From assembly GCA_036172245.1 (NCBI GenBank), contig JAYWIR010000011.1, positions 1,364,001-1,428,000 on the forward strand: a stretch of 64,000 bases of DNA, given 5' to 3'. Of this stretch, positions 60,015 to 64,000 are shown piece after piece; the stretch's first letter is position 1, and the number at the start of each line of letters is the position of its first letter. Below the pieces are notes generated by a model. That model did no database searches. It was given only the letters and a program-made list of their open reading frames with translations, and was not told where the DNA came from. The translations under genes and the position numbers were made by a program. Origin of the DNA: Raillietiella orientalis. Its lineage: Eukaryota.

Positions 60015-60879
60015 AAAAAAACCCCCCCTTTTTTTTTTCAAGTTGTAAAATTACAATGTAATACAAAATACATGTAAGCAGTTTTTCAAATTTTCTCAAT
60101 ATAATCATACAATAGTACTCTTTGGAAATAGAAAATCATGATGTATAATATGCATATCCACGTATATCTTTTCAATTTTTCATCGAATACCTTCACTAAG
60201 TGTGGCATGCGTGTTGCATCTCTTGGCTTTTCTTATTTCTATATGAAATTACAACGGACAAAGTGAATAAATGATTTTTTCATGTTCTTATTTGGAAACG
60301 ATATGTACAAGAACCAGAAAAAAAGCCGTCATAAGGGTCGTGGTACATTTTACCATCGGGTGCGTCTGTTCTGGTATGGCAAAATCTGAATGCGCTCATA
60401 CATTTATCTCGATGTGGGAAGTTATCTGAGATGCCGGAGATTACGCCTTGGGCAAGCATTTTCCTTATGAGCGTTCATTATTCCATCTTCTTCAGTGCGT
60501 GATCTTTGGTGCGTTTCTGCTTCCAAGATTTTCATTCTATAACCTAAAGAAGGGTAAATTTCCTCTTCTAATTTTCGCATCAAATCATTCCTATCATAAT
60601 GACATGTCGCATACTGAAATCGCTGAAATCCGTCAAATGTGTTAATTATTTAATACCCCGTAATGTTCAACCAATTCATTCCAGTTCATGGAGTCTGTTG
60701 GGGGCATCGCATTTTCCTCAATCAAGAACCTATCGCGTTCGTTATTTTGGTTCATTGCATAATCACTAAATAAAAACACTTTGTAATCTTTACTACCTTA
60801 GTCAACACCTATCAGATAACTACCAAATTCATAATGTTCTTCTACTTTAAGTGGATACATGATTCAGCATCCAGGTCGC

Positions 60880-62700
60880 AAACTCTCACATCAACTCGAA
60901 GTTTCCGCAAGAATCACGCTGTTATCGCTTAGGTAACTTTTCATCCGTTTCAAGATCACCCTACTTTGTGCCCAATATAGGTGAAATGAAGTTCCATTCT
61001 TCTGCATCCGCCCCAGACAAAGCTCCCCGCAAATCTCATGTGACCACCACTTGTGCAATTCTCGGAGGAACACTCGTTCTAAAGAGTCTCCTCGTCCGCT
61101 GAGCACATTATAGATTTTTCCATAATATGCTTAGGGACATGAAAGGTTTTCCATCCACCATATCACTCAATTCAAATCCACAAAACTAGGCTGCTTTTCC
61201 CGATTTCCGCAATTTCTCATGCATTGATCCTGGCAGGGAATTTCCCCGTTGCAGATTGGGAGCGATTCGGTCCGAAATTCCTCTTCGGCTGATCGGAAAT
61301 TGTGAGGAGCGCAGGGAACGCACGCCTCACTGATCTCCACGTTCTGCTCTTTCCCCGAAGCAGTTGCAGGCAGGGTTGCTGTGGATGGGAGGATGACTGC
61401 AAAGAAAGGGAGAACCTGCGAAGGAAAGCAAAAATTCGCCGACGGTCCCAACACCCCATTCCGGGCCGGCCGGTGCACGCTGGCTTGGACACCCACGAAT
61501 CGCGAGTTTCAAGAGCAGGCACTCAAGGGAATCGGAACGAGTGTCGTCGGGAGATATCCGACATCGGGAAGAGTCCCAGAGTACTTTGCATCGTGAGCGG
61601 ACGCGTTTCGCTCCATCCAAAAATGGAAGATCTATCGAGCGGCCTGGAAAAATTCGAGTCCTCACTGCACAAAGTCTCCTCGACCATTTGCGTTTCTCTC
61701 TCTGCGAGATTTCTCGAATCTCCTTCCGCAGTTTTCTGGACTCCTTCCCTTCTTTAGGGACTGTCAGCAGAACAATACGTAGGCTGCGATGTGTCTTCGA
61801 GGTCTCACCGCGATGGCGCTTACCAAAAAGGCTCGACTTCCTGGGATCCACCCAAGTTCAAATAGGCGCTCACTCATCTTGATTTTCTCCTTTCCTTCGC
61901 ACGCCGACCTGAGCCGCAGCTCCATAGCAACGCTCCATTTATGCATATTCTTCGAGTCACTGCATTGCCGCTTCTGCTAAACTGCAGTTCGAGTATCTCA
62001 TGGAGCACTTGTGGTGAGGAACATCTTTGGGGTCACGGGAACCTCCCAAGACATTCCCTTGCCCAGAAAGCCCTCATTTTGCGTGGAGCGCGTATCGGCG
62101 TCCCGAACAAGGCCGTGGTAAGCATCGCAAGTCTTCCCCAACTCTGAGTGCGTCTTCGAGTTTTCTCCGAATCTCACGGCAATGACATGGGATGAAAGTG
62201 TGCACTTGGCACTTCTTGTTGGCCCTTTGGCTACATACTTCCCATACATTCATTTCCCTATTTCAGATCGAGACCTTTTCGGTCAACTGAATTCCGTGAC
62301 AGGGTCACGAGCAGGAACTCTCCGAGGTAGCACGGATCGCATCAGTAGGGAGATTGCAGCTGTGCAGCGTGCCTGCAACTGGAGACCGATCTGGAAACAT
62401 CGCATGCCGGGAAGAGCTTCAGCAGCCGATGACCAACGTTGCGATGTCAGGCCATTGCTGGGTGGAGTCAGCGTTCATGGTCAAGCAGTTCCACGAGGAT
62501 TCGCAGCCGAGACTGTAGCGTTTTCCTCTCACACAGTCTGCCTGCACAGTTTTTTTCACTGGATCCGATCCATAGGGTAACGGAAAGAATGCAAGGAACC
62601 GTCTCCATAGGGACAACCGATACGAAAATCGCGTTTGAAAAGTAACGTCTCGTTAAAAGCTTCACTCGCACACACAGTTAATCCAGCAAAACGTAAAAAC
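60880..62700 (-). mobile_element. Decayed non-LTR element (RT, possibly EN) of a non-Tx1 family
   Basis: RKLRKEIREISQREKRKW, RAPAGPEWGV (APGPDG-like), KRNFGP..TGKFPARI (NFRPISL..GK-like), RMKSYLSD in RT order. Confidence 0.6.
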
Positions 62701-63066
62701 TAATAGGGCTCGACAGATGAGAGATTCTTTCTTGTTTCTTGGATAGGAACCGGAAATACGCCGGGCTTTTCGATTTTACGAGCAAGTCGTATTTCAAGGC
62801 ACGCGCCCGGTCACTTAGCAGGTAGAAACAAACAGCTTTCCCCATTGGGAATGACGCAGTTGCCTAAGGTCGTGCACGAACCTCATCGATGGAGCATCAA
62901 TAAATATCGTGCGATCAGTCTATGCTATCTGCATGCACATAAGAAGTGATTTTTGCGATCCTGGATCAACTCAAAAGATGGGATACTCGTCGCTACCCAT
63001 AAGGCCACACCCACATACCTCGATACCCATACGACCACACCCACAAACCACTGTTCGCATTCCCTA

Positions 63067-63846
63067 TCAAGATCTCCCCTGTATCTTGAACTTCTTGCCT
63101 TCGAACCACCTCAAGTGGTTTGATCTTTTTCGATCCATGTTGCACCGTGGCATCTCCGCTGTGCCGCAGCTCTCGTTCACGTGCTGTAGCTTCCTCTCCG
63201 GAACGCCCAGCTTCTTGCCCAGCGTCTCCATCCTCAGTCCGTAGAGCGCCATGACGTTGTCGCTCTTGGAGTTTTGCAGCGATTGGTTGAGCACCTGGTT
63301 GCGCGCACCGCCATTAGGCAGTGTCGGTCGCTCTCCTGCCGGTCGCGGTACAGGATGACCTCTTTGCGAGCCTCGTTCAGTCCCTCGGCGAGTTCCACGT
63401 GGTGCTGCTTAATGAAATTGATGGGCGTCGAGACCTAGCCGAGATTGAGGTCGACCTTGGCAAGTTGCCCGCTAGAGTCGCTTATGCCGACGTCGACTCT
63501 GTCCCCGCCCTCGGACAGCAGCTTAAAAAGCCCCAGGGTGGACTCGTGCAGCATCACCAGGCCCGTGATGACCGAGCTGAGGCTACTCTGCTCGTTGGTG
63601 TTGATGAGCACCGACTCTTCGACCTTGTTGAAGCGTGGTGCCAGCTGCTCAAGGGCCTCTCTCAACGAATGTCCTGAAACATTGAAGGCTTCCTTCATTC
63701 AACTTGTTAAGAGAGTTTGACGTATATCTGCGTTTTGCAGAGGCGCCGCTGTGATGCGTTTGACGAATAGAAGGCACAGTGTGGAAAAAAAATTGCGCTT
63801 TACTATGAAAATACGTAAGTTTAGGTAAAAGTTCAAACAAACTCAT
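63067..63846 (-). pseudogene. Intronless, disrupted coiled-coil-like gene of unknown (possibly viral) origin
   Basis: ORFs 63649-63846, 63435-63698 and 63067-63294 join through frameshifts and stops into one GC3-rich reading; TATAAATAGATAAATG precedes and includes the ATG. Confidence 0.4.
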
Positions 63847-64000
63847 TTATCTATTTATAGTATTTTACTTACATGTTGATCAGGACTGCAACGTGCAGCG
63901 ACCTTATTAATCTTTTATGAAAACATGTTTGGAGTGATGTGAGGAATGCCGAACAAAGAAAAAATTCTCTTCACAATGGATTTGTTTACATACTCTTCCA

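Noticed and set aside
62994..63050. 30 bp tandem duplication (TACCCATA..CCACACCCACA) x2
   Set aside because: Only two imperfect units, with no evidence of function.

Overview
Eukaryotic genomic DNA, probably from an invertebrate. Bases 1-2878 hold the first three coding exons of an AT-rich ING3 gene on the minus strand. About 0.9 kb upstream of its ATG the sequence switches abruptly to a ~60 kb mosaic of decayed foreign fragments. The mosaic is dominated by at least three subfamilies of an L1-group (Tx1-like) non-LTR retrotransposon, with no intact ORF2. It also holds older non-LTR RT relics, Tigger and piggyBac-like remnants, a cytochrome b NUMT, tRNA-derived repeats, a near-perfect ~700 bp inverted repeat and several candidate endogenous RNA-virus fragments. 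The overall make-up resembles a piRNA cluster or EVE hotspot, which is an inference. Main observations: (1) the Tx1-like copies end not in poly(A) but in a conserved AATAAA-CCCGG(N4-5)CCGGG-TGRNAAC hairpin terminus; (2) these termini land almost always in antisense orientation inside copies of the same family (8 of 9 assignable junctions); (3) a virus nucleoprotein-like fragment is flanked by a 14 bp direct repeat and lies next to an orthomyxovirus PA-like fragment; (4) two diverged copies of an unidentified hairpin-rich leader plus ORF are present. All family assignments come from motif recognition by eye. Boundaries of decayed fragments are approximate and no database searches were run.
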